A stretch of 64,000 bases of DNA from Paramecium tetraurelia. Lineage: Eukaryota. The notes beneath the pieces were generated by a model. The model saw nothing but the letters and a program-made list of their open reading frames with translations, did not search any database and was not told the origin of the DNA. The translations under genes were made by a program, and so were the position numbers. The stretch spans positions 1-64,000 of the forward strand of contig CT868529.1 of the NCBI GenBank assembly GCA_000165425.1. The letters run 5' to 3'. Shown piece after piece: positions 41,901 through 56,030 of the stretch. Within the stretch, counting starts at the first letter, position 1; every line of letters begins with the position of its first letter.

Positions 41901-44620
41901 AATAAAGATACTTAAATACCATTGTTGTTGGAGTTTACTCCATAAGTTAATTGCTCCCCCCAAAAATAATTACCGAGAAAATATCAATTATCTTAAAATC
42001 TCTATTGTAGTTATTGGGATAGTGTGAATATAATTAAAATAAGATTGGAGCGAATATAGAGAAGCGATAAACTAATTTATCACTTATCAAATTAGTTAAT
42101 AATGAAATCAACAACAACTTTCAATAGTTAAATATCCAGTAATTAAATTCAGAATAGATTCACATAAAAACAGGGTTGTCAGGAGATGATTTTGAAGAAG
42201 TCATGTCTTTATCCAATTCCATTAGAGCTATCATTAGTTACTTTTTTTAATTTAAATATGATACAAAAGACATAGATTAAAGACCTAATGCTGCTGGTGT
42301 ATTAGTTGATTTATTTACTTTAAATGTATTTTTCAAAAAGACTGATAAAAACCATATTCTAAAATATCAATAAACACAACCATAATTTTAAAATTATTCA
42401 GATACATGTCAAATGCTTCTCAAACTATTTCCATAGATTCTGGAATCATATTTAGAATGTTGGAGATGTTCATTAAATTGGGAACATTTGTCAATTATGG
42501 GCTGTATTGTTTATGAATATGAGAAATTCGATCAATTTAACAAAGTATTGAAAGATGAATTATAAAGATCAGAATAAGAATTTACAGATGAAGTTTAAAT
42601 AAAATAGTCAATTCTACAATTGTTAAGACCTTGCTCAATACATTTTTCATCAAATTTAATTTCTTCTATTTTAGAGGTCTGGTAGAGTTAAATAAATGTA
42701 AATAAGAATCAATTAAAGATTAATCAGAATATGTGCAAATTAATTGAACTAGCAATAACGTTATAAATAGTACCAGATGAATTCATGACAGCATTTGTTC
42801 GTACTAGATAAGTGTAAACAATAATACAATATAATTAAGAAAACAAATATAAAAAAGGACCTTACTCTTTTAATTACGAATAAGCCAAATTTGAAAATGA
42901 TGTTCTATTCTTCTTATACACTTATTTCTCTTCAGTTTAATATCAAAATTTGAAGAATAAGGAATTAATTAAACTATGGAATGTATTCTTAAGTTTTTCC
43001 AAATGTCTTCTCTAATCTAGACATATAAATACTGTTTGTTATGTTTTGGAAATTATATATATGATGTCTTGGAAGTTTTCTCCAAAAGATGTTCTAGAGG
43101 AATTCAGGAAAGAACTGCACACTCAATTAAGGTAAAATTTAGTGATTTTGGCTGAAATGGCATCATTCTAGTAAAATTATTCAACCTAAGTATAAGAAAA
43201 TACAATTGATGTTTAAGCAGATCAAAAATTCTAATTGGTTGTTCCTTTTACTCCAACAATCTTTGAATTGTATGAGGATTATTAAGATAAAATTGCATAG
43301 GCCTAAGAATCATAAGCAAGTTATCAAATCTAATAATTTTTATTTGGTTCAATTAGTAAATAGCCTATAAATTTGACTGAGTCTATATTTTCAAAGCATT
43401 GTTCAATAATAGCTCTAAAGACTTTAAAAAGATTATCTTGGGTTACTTTAATAAATACATATGAAGTCTCTCGAAGTGAAAGAATTTTTGAAAATACTAA
43501 GGAATTTATGGTGCTCCTTTTCCCTTTGATAGAAAATAAAGAAAATTCAAACATAGTTGAAGCTGCATCAGAACTTCTTTGTACAATTTTAAAGCACAAT
43601 AAAGAAATTTTGCCTCAAATCTTTTTAAATAACATTTTAGATCTTTTTAATAGATAGGACTTTTTTAAATGCACAGGCAGATGTCTTAAGTTTTGGACAG
43701 AAATCATTGACATTATTTCAGATAAGAATGATATTCTAACTGATCAATTAGGAAATAATTCTAAGTTTTTCTAAGGGTTTGCAGGTCTATTTAAAAGTAA
43801 ATCAGCTGAAATGATGAAAAAGACTAAAGGATTTGAAAGGGTGTGTTTTATAATATATTCTGGAGGGGTTGATAAATACTAATCTAAATTAACTACTTTA
43901 TTGGATGCAATATTGTCTGTTATTAAAGATATTAACTCTTAAGATGCTGCAATTTCAATATTAATTATATTTTGCATAAGAATTTTAGTTTTAAGATTGA
44001 GTCAAAGTTCCTTGACTTAAGTTTTTAGATAGATATGGCCTTACTTAGTGAGTATGTTGATGTAAATTTTTGATAGAAAAGGAAAATAAGCAAATCCCTT
44101 TCTTTTAATATCTGGTTTAAAATTGATTGAACTATTCTCATTATTTTAATTAGAAGAGTTTTATTTCTATGAATGGATGTTTGTTTTTGATTGTATAAAT
44201 TACATTTATTATATATAGATTTTGGAATTACAATCAATCATAATCCCATTTAAGAGCAGTAATAATAAAAAGTGAAGATAGAATCACCATACAAATTTAT
44301 TCCTTATATGGCTTATTAATTTCCAAAATCATCAGAATATTCTGTTGATTATGAATGCAAATTATATTAGGAATAGCAATAATAAAATTTATACAAAAAA
44401 AAAAGATTAATAAAAATAAAAGACATTTAAGAAGTTGAGGTATAAATTAAATATCGATTTTTAGGAATTTGAGCCAAAATTAAGACAATAAGCATTAAAT
44501 TTGTGTTAACATTTGATAGATATTAATTAATAGAGAATGATAATCTCCCCTTAATCATTGGAATAAATTATTGAGGAGGAATTTATAAGTTTGGATGACA
44601 ATATAAGCAAAATACAATGA
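38926..44620 (+). CDS. Dopey/DOP1 family protein
   Basis: Dopey N-terminal motifs YETLKEWSDL, KRLAQCLSP, DLPLFSLGLFPFF and LEDESILVKRAALDF, plus C-terminal RVCFIIYSGGVDKY and CIRILVLRLS. Confidence 0.9.
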
Positions 44621-44848
44621 CTTTAAAGTATTCTAATTATGTCTTAATTTTTAATAATGTTTTATATTTATATAAACAACAAGAAAAGCTTCAATTTTCA
44701 AATCTAAAATTGATAATAGAAAAGAAAAATATTTAAGAACTTCTGATGTTCTTAATTTATCTTGAATTCCTAATGATAATTAATTGTATAAAAGCTAAAT
44801 AAGAATCAACACTTTTTTCAATTATTTAAATTGATTTTACCATAGTTT

Positions 44849-45669
44849 ATGGATTTAATGCTAGACTAAGAGATTGCCTAGGTAGAGAAGGTAGAAGAAT
44901 AGATTTCTAGCTCTTCTGAATGTTCTTAAAACTCTGATTCTTCTTTTGATTTAGAAAATAATGGCAACAACAAATCACATCTAAAATAACTGGCAAGTGA
45001 CCAAAACGGAGATGATAAAAAAAGAAAAGGTAGAACGTTTTAATTAACCTTTAGGTAAGTTTGGCTTAAAATATGCCAAAATTTCGAACAGGTAGAGACA
45101 AGCATTGATCGAAAGAGTTACCTCTACTGGTTGTACTATTAAGAGTGCTGCTAAAGACTTGAGTATCAACTTCTCAACAGCCAAGGCAATTATGCAGATT
45201 TTTAGAAGAGAAGGTAGAGTAACAAAAAAAATAGTCAGAGAAATAAAATAGAAATCCAATAAGAATTTAGGATCAAATAACGAAGGTATTAATACTCATA
45301 TTAATTTTAGATAACATTTAGAAAAAATCTTTATTTGACACCTAAAATCAGAAGTTTGTAAAAGTTGAGGCAATTTAGGACAATAACGAGACAAATTTAT
45401 ATTAATAGGCAGAAGAGGCCAATAGACATTAAGCTTTAATTATTCAACAATTGAATACTTAAGTACTTTATTGATTATATTTTTAGAACCTATATTTACA
45501 AAGCAGAATTAATCAATTATAACAAGATAAATTATAATTAAACTCAAAGTATGAATTAATGGTAATGCAATATCATTAATTATAATAAATGGTAAACTTA
45601 TTATATTAACAATAGGCTCAACAATTCCTTTAGCCTTGCATGTTCTAATTTCCTACATTTGCTCAGTGA
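44849..45669 (+). CDS. Helix-turn-helix (homeodomain-like) DNA-binding protein with Gln-rich tail
   Basis: YAKISNRQRQALIERVTSTGCTIKSAAKDLSINFSTAKAIMQIFRREGR. Confidence 0.7.
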
Positions 45670-45953
45670 ATCTTTAACCTTATTCAATATCTATTATTAT
45701 AAATAAATTTTAATAATATGTAATTAAAAACAAAAATCAAATCCTATTTTAAAATAATATAAAAAATTTCTAATCTATATATATATAAATCTATGTAGAT
45801 AAAAAAACAAAATTTTTTTAAAAAATTTCCTTTTTAAGCTTAAAGCCTATTTTCAATATTATTAATAGATCAAATTTATAAATTAAAGGAAAAATAATGT
45901 GTATTATTAAACGACTTAATTATGTCTATCATTTAAACAATTTAAATTATTTT

Positions 45954-47106
<1,153 letters not shown>

Positions 47107-47362
47107 ATAATCTATCTTTTTTTATAATTTTGAATATAACTATTATTTCTATATCATAATGCATTTATTTAAATTTTTATTTGCGAATAACAAATTGAAA
47201 TCTTTTGAAAATAAAATAATTTTCTTCTGATGTATTTCCTCTTAAGGATTACTATTTTTAAACCGTTTAAAAGCAACTCAAATAACCATTCATGAAAATC
47301 TATAAAAAAATATATTAATTGATAAATATATTGATTAATTTTATAATTAATTAATTAATTAT

Positions 47363-47971
47363 ATGATAACAATAATATCAAAAGACGGTTTGAAAATCAG
47401 CATTTCCAATTAGATTATTGAGCTTGCAAAAGGATTAGAACCTTATTAAGTGGATAAAGATATTATTTTTTAAGAAATAGTGACCGGAGACTTTTTATAA
47501 ACATTTAAATTGTTTTACGAAGAATTCTAATTTGATGTTGAAAAAATGAAATTCCCAAAACCAATACAATCTAAAGAATATGAAAAAGCATTTGGTAAGG
47601 TATTGTCAGAGCATATTAAACCATTTATGGATATCGCAATAAGAGAAAAAAATATTGATATTTTTATTTAATTCATTCAAGGGGCTCACTTATTTTAGGC
47701 AAAGCATTTTATAGAATTTATTAATTGCTGTCTTGCAATGGTCATTTAATTTAAGGGACAATCAGAATATGATATTAAATAATTTTAGAAGGACTGGAAT
47801 CTTTCCGATCAACAACAAGAATCCCAATTTAATTAGTAAATTTTTGTATTATTTAGACTATTTTTTTCGAAATTATAAAACAAATATATTTAAGTGTTAT
47901 CAGCCAAAGATGGAGAATAGCAAGTATAACAAATACCTATGGAAGAAGACCTATTTGGAGAGGAATGGTGA
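47363..47971 (+). CDS. Divergent Skp1-family protein
   Basis: MITIISKDG.., FPKPIQSKEY, and FIQGAHYFQAKHFIEFINCCLA, which resembles the Skp1 LILAANYL..LLDL.C..VA segment. Confidence 0.6.
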
Positions 47972-48164
47972 TTTTTATATTTGCAGTAAAGATAATAAGT
48001 AAATAAAATATAAATTACATTTATTCTTGTTCTTCTACTTTGATTCTCATATACCATGAATAATAGTATTCTGTTACATAATTTTGATTGGATTTTCTCA
48101 ATAACATAGAAATAAATTAATCATTTTGATCTATATTATTATATAATTTATTTAATATATTAAA

Positions 48165-48453
48165 ATGGCAATGAGTCATGGTTCATCGATATTGGTTGGA
48201 TCCATAATCTACATGGTCTTAGGAGTAGCTGCATGTTTTGGATTCAATACTTATGTCACTAAAAAAACCAAGAATCCTCATGACGTTCCCGAAAACAGAA
48301 CGTAATAATCTATTTCAATATAGAATAACCCTTGTAAGTGTGACGATTGCTACATTTTGTGCTTGGTTAATGTGGGTTGTTGCTTATATGGCATAAATGA
48401 ATCCAATAATTACACCAGAATGGGAAAACCATTAACCTAAATCAGATAGTTGA
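48165..48453 (+). CDS. V-type ATPase V0 subunit e (VMA9-like)
   Basis: Two TM helices and FCAWLMWVVAYMAQMNPIITP. 22-nt intron at 48302-48323. Confidence 0.9.
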
Positions 48454-49810
48454 GTATTGTATTCATATTTCATTAAAAAATATATTAGATTTGTGATATT
48501 TAATTCATTTATATCCCCTTAATATAACTGTACCATATAATAATCTAAATGCCCTTTAAATTATGGTATTCTGAATGAATATGTCATAAATATATTTTTT
48601 TGCATCTGATGATATTCCTTGCTATTATTTTCGAGAATAGTCTGTAAAACTATATGGCATTCATGAATTCTGTGTATTGCATGTTTTTCAAGAAAAATAA
48701 GCAGCAAGAAAACCGAAAAATTAGGATGCTTCCAAAATTTGAGAATGTTTTTTAATAAATTTTAGAAGGTTTCTCCATTTCTTAACTAAATTAGTGAAAT
48801 TAACAACTAAAAAGTTGTTTTAAAGTTCGAATTTCTTTTTCCAACAATCAAACAGCTGTATAATTTTAAAATGTTCACCAGATTACTTTATCTCAAATAT
48901 TTATATCAAAGAAAATTATTTCTGCATTTTGATATTTAAATATTTGTAAAATCTATATATTAATTATAATTAAAGATTTCTTCTTTGAAAAAAGTACGTA
49001 AATTCCTTATCTTATCATATTTTGAATCTTCTATATTAACAGTAAATAATATGGTCTTTAATTTTATCAAGCTAATGATTATATTCTATTTTAGATATAT
49101 ATTTTCTACTATAATTATCTTTATGTTACAATCACTTTAGTAATTTCAGAAAATGTTTGCGTTTTTAGAAATATAAATTTTCTGGGAAGCTAATACATTA
49201 ACATGATAAATACGGACTAAAATTAAATGTTTATAAATTTAATTATCTACTCATAAATTTTACAATTTTAATTAATACAAGCTTTAGTTTATTGTCTCTA
49301 ATTTATTTAGAATTTTAAATACTTTATCCAGAAAATTAAAATTACAGTCATTTCTAAATTTTGCATTTTGATTAAATTAATTTATGACTCTAATACTATC
49401 ATATTTTAAAATAATAGAATTAGTGCTATTTTATATTCGCTTTTAATTTTATTTTGTAATTTTTATTGAATAGCACATGGAAAGTTTCTTTCTTCTTTCC
49501 TTAAAGAAATTATAAATTTAAGTAATACCTAATATACTTTAAATTTATTTGTAAATGATTCACAATTTATGATCATACTCATACTCACAAGTTAAAAATT
49601 TAAATTTTATTCACAGAAGAAAGCTAAAGGGAGGCTTTAGAGTAATGCAAAATCTCTATATGAATGTTATGAAACTATAATGAATTAGATTTAATTAAGG
49701 ATTCTCTAGGAAATTTTTTAATAACAGTAGTATTAATACACATTAAAAACAAATAAAGAGTCAGTTATTTTAGAGTAAATGTGTATACTAAATACATAAA
49801 TCAAAAATGC

Positions 49811-50233
49811 TCATTCACTCTGAATTTCATCCTCAGAATGTATTTTATTTTGTGAAAAATATTATCTCATAATTTATTTACTTCTCATTAAAGGTTTTTC
49901 TATTTTCGGCATTTTTTTATTTTTATGATTCTTTCTAAGGCGCGGATTAAAAGGGTTAAATTTTTAATGATGAGATCTTCATAATGAAAATAAATACCTG
50001 CATTAACTTGGAGATCTTGTACCAATAATTTAACTCATCCTTTTAAATAAGGGCTATCCTTTTCTTTAAGAATCACCTGAGCCTTTGACTCTAAGTAAAA
50101 ATTAAACATATTATTGATGCTCTTCTTCACTCCAATGTCCTTATTTGATATGTGTGCTATTGCTAAGATCTTGCTATTTCGAATGATTGAGATTTAACTC
50201 AAGATAATCTGGGTTTAATGATTCAGATTTCAT
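49811..50233 (-). CDS. Single-repeat Myb-like (SHAQKYF-class) transcription factor
   Basis: GHWSEEEHQQYVQFL..FKRMSQIIGTRSPSQCRSHHQKF. 21-nt intron at ~49977-49997. Confidence 0.85.
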
Positions 50234-50600
50234 AATTTTTGTGATTTTGAATCTTAAAATAAATAATATACAGAACCTAATCATAGAAAAGGACTTTAAA
50301 TATAACTTTTTATACTGTTGTTCGCCATAGAACAATTTCTTATTTTACTGAACAAAATGATCTATAAATAGAAAGATCATATTGATAAATTACGAAGATA
50401 GAAAACCTATTTAAATAAGTCAAATTTTCTTTTGAAGGTAAAAAACAATGTAATAATTATTTCAATTCAAATTTCCATTATTATATGATGATTAGAAAGC
50501 TAATTAATACATATCTTGACCTAAAACATAAATGAGTTGATACTAAATTTTTATTGGATTATTCCATATATAAATTAAAGTCATAAACTATAAATTAAAA

Positions 50601-52961
50601 ATGTAAAAAACACATTAAAGATAATCGAAAAGCCCTTTAGTTAATAATAAAGTGATACGAACTAAAACATAACATACAAGCAAAGACGAATCGATTAATT
50701 TAGATAACAGCATAAAAGACCAAACTTTAGAAAAATTATTTTTGCAATTAGACCAATTAAGAAGAAGGCACGAATAAGAAAAAAAAGAAATGAATGATAC
50801 CTTCAATTACTAACTTTAGATTAAAAGCAATTAACTTTAAAAATCAGCATAAGAGTTTTAACAAAAAAATTTGCTCTTAGAATCATTACTATTTTAAGAA
50901 CAAGCCAAGACTATTCATTTAACTAAAATCATATAAGAAAAACAGAAATCAACAGCCCTTGATTAAGAGAAAGAATAATATAAAAACAAAATTTAGCAAT
51001 TGGAATCTATATTATAGGATTCTTAACGAAAAAATTAAATTATTCCAAATAAACTTATATAGAAAGACACTTCATTTAAAATACTTATTGAAATAATAAA
51101 TAAGGTATCTACTAATATACTTCGTCTCATCAAAGATAAGAATACCATCTTAAGCTGGATTGATTAGGAAATTTTAGAAATAGACATTTTAAAATAAAAA
51201 GACCTAAATAAATCTTTACTAAAACTTAATACAATTTTCGAAAAGTTTTTCGTATCATTGTAAGAAAGAGAAACATTGTCCTTATCCCCTTATAAAATTG
51301 CTACTAAAAACAATAACTAAACAATCAATACAGAAAAACCAACAGCAACAACAATTCCAACCTAAAAGTCTAAGGTAAAAATGATGAACTCTGAAACATA
51401 AACAAAAGTAATTCAAAATAAAATAAGTAACTTTTAATAAACAGACAAAATTGATTTTAAATCCAAATTAACTTAAACTGATTTTTTAAATGTTTAAAAT
51501 GAAGGAAAAATTGAATAAGCCTTTGAAAAATAAAAATTACAAGTAGAACCTTAAAAATAAAAAATTAAAGAATAAAAATCGAAAAAGAATTGTAGAATTC
51601 AATAATTAGTCTAAATTTCTATCTTGTTGCAATGTCCTAATAGAACTTCTCAGATTGCAAAACCAAAACTTATATCAAGCGAAGTGCAAACAGATCAAAT
51701 CTAAGATCAATAACTTAAAATTCCTCATGAATAAAAGAAACATTATTCAAAAATTACAGAATATGATGAAGAGGAAAATGAATTAAGTAAAGACGAAAGT
51801 AAAAAAAATTCGTAAAAAGAAGACAATAATGGAGCTGATTCTAGTTTTGATTGTAACAAACCTGATTATGACTCGGATTAAGAAAATGATAAGTAATAAT
51901 TAGAAAAATTAAAGATAGAATGTTAATAATAGAAAATAAATATTATTAGTTTATAATTAACTTTGAATCAGCTGCTTTAATAATAAAATTTGTTTTAGTT
52001 TGATAACTTAATTACTAGTGAGCATTATTCTTTACAGGACTTAATTACGAATAAATGGAGCATAAAACTAAAAGATCATAATGCAACATTAAAATATTCA
52101 ATTGGTATTTTAAGTTAAAGCTCAACATTTTTAACAAACATGATAAAATCAATTTATGGTGTAGATTAATAGATATAGTTTGATTTAAATTAAATAGCAA
52201 TTTAATATTATGATAGTGGATTTTAGGAGAATTATAGACTAGAGATTATTATTAAGCAACTTGAATTTCCATCTCAATTCTTAATAAATTCTGCTAAAAT
52301 ATAGGAAAGACAGGAATTCTAACATTTTTGGATAGATTTTATGATTTAGCAGTGCAATTTATTTATCTATTTGGTTTAGGACTTTAATGAAGATGATTAA
52401 AGAATAATAAAATATCTTTAGGATAAGAACAAAAAAGTAGCTATTATTTCTTATGACCTAAATGATTACACACTTGACAATTTTGATGTGTTCAACAATT
52501 ATAAATATAACATAGATTTATAAATAATCAAGATTTAAAACAATTAAAATATCTTATAATCTTTATGGAGAGACATTTTATAATCTGATTGGGAATGGGA
52601 GGAAGTCTATGAATCTATTTTAGTTTAATTACAATAGTTCATTAGCTAAATAGTGGAGAATGACGATTGCATTCATTTATAGATCAAAGAAGATGGAATT
52701 TTTGAAATATCATTAATGATTGATGAAATTGCCTACGATTATTTATTGAAAATTCCCTATGTGAAGAATAAGGAAACTTTGGATAAGGAAGTTTAAGTTC
52801 TTCTTGAATTACCTGAGAAGAAAAGGATTTAAGAAGTAAAATGCATTGGAAATTAGATTTTAATAGTAATTGATAGATTTATATTGCTTGAGCAATGTGA
52901 TCAACTCATATAACTAAATTCAATCAATAATAATTTAATTTTACTAACAATAATTTAATGA
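50601..52961 (+). CDS. Hypothetical coiled-coil protein
   Basis: About 2.36 kb code-6 frame, Q/E/K-rich. No family recognised. Confidence 0.6.
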
Positions 52962-53013
52962 TTTTATTTAAATATATTCTGAAAATACTAACTAAATATT
53001 AAATCAGGAATGC

Positions 53014-53787
53014 TCACATGTTACATTCTTTTAATTTTTGACTGTAATGATTTTGAGCATTATTATAAATTAATTGGTATTAGTTTTTTTCTTCTTTGGT
53101 TCTTTATTCGTCATGTATGATTTGCTTAATTATTTCACTGGCTGTTTGATTGTCTCCTTACCTTGCCTTTTCTTATCCTAATTTTAATAAGTTGATAATA
53201 TTCTAGAGAATATTAAATTTATGAAAATTGTACATTTTATCCAGGGAAAATAGCTTCCATATTTGTGAGTATCATAATTAAAATTTATTAAGTAAGTTCT
53301 GCTTGCAAAGTAACTTAACTTTATTGTTTAATTTACTGTTGCATTTACCTTTATAACCTATACATTCAATTACATGTATTGATTTTGTAAATAAGGGTTT
53401 ATTTAATTAAGTTCCTATTCGCCATGAGCAAAAGTGCAAGTAGAACCATTTTTGCATTAGCCTATTTGAGGATTAAAATGTTTGCATAATTATGCTTTAA
53501 ATCATAAGTAGATTAAATACTCTTATAATTAGCAATCATAGGATTAATATGTTGAACCCTGTTTTGAGTATCTCCTTGATGGTTTTATTGGATATTAGTT
53601 TGAGTGTAATTTGTCACAACTTGATTATTGGTTCTAAGTTCCTATCTTCCATGTGCAAATTAACACCTAGCTCCCAGTGCACAAGAACCAATAGTAACTA
53701 AGTTATTGATAAAATTGTACCAAAATGGCGACACAATTGGGTCTTATATTTGGAATTAGGTTATTAAACTTAGAGATTTTAATACAT
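53014..53787 (-). CDS. Tandem CCCH zinc-finger (TTP/ZFP36-like) RNA-binding protein
   Basis: KYKTQLCRHFVTIGSCALGARCQFAHGRQELR and LCKHFNPQIGQCKNGSTCTFAHGEQEL. Confidence 0.9.
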
Positions 53788-54087
53788 ATTTTATAAATAT
53801 TTCTAAAATAATTTGAATTCTTATTTATTATAGGGGAATTCCAAAACAATATATAAGTAAGTCTATTTGCTGATTCCTTAAAATTATATGATTACTGGAG
53901 TAAATCAGTATAATTGGGTCAAATAGTAGGAAGATAGAAGAATAAAAGATTCGAGAATAATGAATTGAGAATTAAAAAATAAAAGTTTAATATATGTTCA
54001 TAAATGAATATTGAGATTTAAGTATAATGGGTATTAAATTTGAAAAGGAATTTAAAAAAAAATCAAAGATATATTTTTATATATTAA

Positions 54088-55321
54088 ATGTCTCACAGAA
54101 AGTTTGAAGCACCCAGACATGGAAATCTTGGATTTACACCAAGAAAGAGAACAAAGCATCACAGAGGAAGAATCCGAGCTTTCCCAAAAGACAATAAATC
54201 ATCTCCAGTTCATTTGACAGCCTTTGCAGGATTCAAGGCTGGTATGACACACATCTTGAGAACTGTTGAAAGACCAGGATCAAAATTGAATGGCAAAGAA
54301 GTAGTTGAAGCTGTCACAATCGTTGAAACCCCACCTTTGGCTGTTGTTGGTATTGTAGGATATATCGAAACACCAAGAGGATTGAGAGCATTGACAACTG
54401 TTTGGAGTACTAAAATTGCCAAGGATACCTTGAGAAGATTCTATAAGAATTGGATTAACTCAAAGAAGAAGGCTTTCACTAATTACAATAAAGCCAATGC
54501 TGAGCCAAAGAATTTGGAAACACAATTAAAAAGAATCGTAAAGTAATAAAAATAAAATAATATTTTAGATATTGCTAAGTTGTCAGAGTCATTGTTCACA
54601 CTCAAATGAGCAAATTGAACTTGAGATAAAAGAAGAATCACGTTTTTGAAGTTCAAGTCAATGGAGGCACAACAGAATAAAAAGTTAACTATGCCAAGGG
54701 ATTATTAGAAAAGGAAGTCAAAGTAGATTAAGTCTTCAAATAAAACGAATAAATTGACGTTCTCGGTGTCACCAAGGGTAAGGGAGTTGCTGGTGTCATC
54801 AAGAGATTTGGTGTTAAGCATTTACAAAAGAAGACACATAGAGGTTGGAGAAGAGTTGGTTGTATCGGAGGATGGCATCCAGCCAATGTCAGATACAGTG
54901 TTGCCAGAACTGGTCAATTGGGTTACCATCACAGAACTGAAATGAACAAAAAGATCTACAGAATTGGTGCTGCTGGAGATAAGAACACTGCATCTACCGA
55001 AGCCGATTTGACTTCAAAGGCAATCACTCCATTGGGTGGTTTCCCACACTATGGTGAAATCAGAAACGATTTCCTCATGCTCAAGGGAGGTATTGTTGGA
55101 CCCAAGAAGAGAGTCGTCTTGTTGAGAAAGTCTCTTGTTCCATAAACTAGCAGAAAGGCTTTGGAAGAAATCACTCTCAAATTTGTTGATACATCATCCA
55201 AAATTGGACATGGTATTATCTCAATTCTATTTTATTAGGACGTTTCTAAACTCAAGAAGAGAAGGCCAAGTTCTATTTCACTAGAACCCAAAGAAAATTA
55301 AAGCAATAGTAACAATAATGA
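54088..55321 (+). CDS. RPL3: 60S ribosomal protein L3 (uL3)
   Basis: [40 protein letters not shown]. Introns at 54543-54568 and 55213-55238. Confidence 0.98.
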
Positions 55322-55394
55322 TGTATAATTATAAAAAGAAACAAATTTTATAATCTTTTATATTATCTTAAATGTTTACTATACTTTTAATATA

Positions 55395-55928
55395 TCAGAA
55401 TCTCAACTTAGAAAATAGGAATCTTGATTAAGCTTTTTTATCTGCCAAACTTCCAGCTGGTAAGGTTCTGTACTTTTCAGCCAAATACTTTCTCAAATTC
55501 TTTCTCAATTCCTTTCTTTTTTCAACATTCTTCAATTCAGATTCTTTGACTCTCTCAATTCTATCTCTGACTTCCTTCAATGTTGATTCTTCTAATCTAT
55601 ATCTATAATTAAGTTATTATTATTAATAACCTTGTTGGCATTATATGATTTAAATTTAATTGTTTAATGAACACTTTTAATGTGGTTCGCTTTCTAATTT
55701 ATTTTTATCCCATTCTCTTTGTTACTTTTCTTGGATATCTTTGTATTCCTACAACCAAACCATTTGGGAATTTGCAGTCCTAACCTATAGTTTTTTATAT
55801 ATACTTTTGTAGTTTCCTCATTAGCCTTAATTAAAATTGCTTTTTTTCCAGCTTATCTACCTGCAAGCATAACAATCAAACGTCCTGGCTTTAAACTTAA
55901 ATAAGAGTAATTCTTACAATTTTCCCAT
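55395..55928 (-). CDS. RPL27: 60S ribosomal protein L27 (eL27)
   Basis: MGKFLKPGRLIVMLAGRQAGKKAI..GIQRYPRKVT..NHIMPTR..FLFSKLRF. Three short introns. Confidence 0.96.
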
Positions 55929-56030
55929 TTCAAAACTCTAAATAAATCTTTTTAATTATTTAATGCAAATTCTGTAAATATCATAAATACAAAAGACTCC
56001 ATTTATAAATTTATACATACACAAATCAAC

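Noticed and set aside
48480..49800. Short code-6 ORFs between the V-ATPase e and Myb genes
   Set aside because: No family signal or consistent intron structure, so a call cannot be supported.
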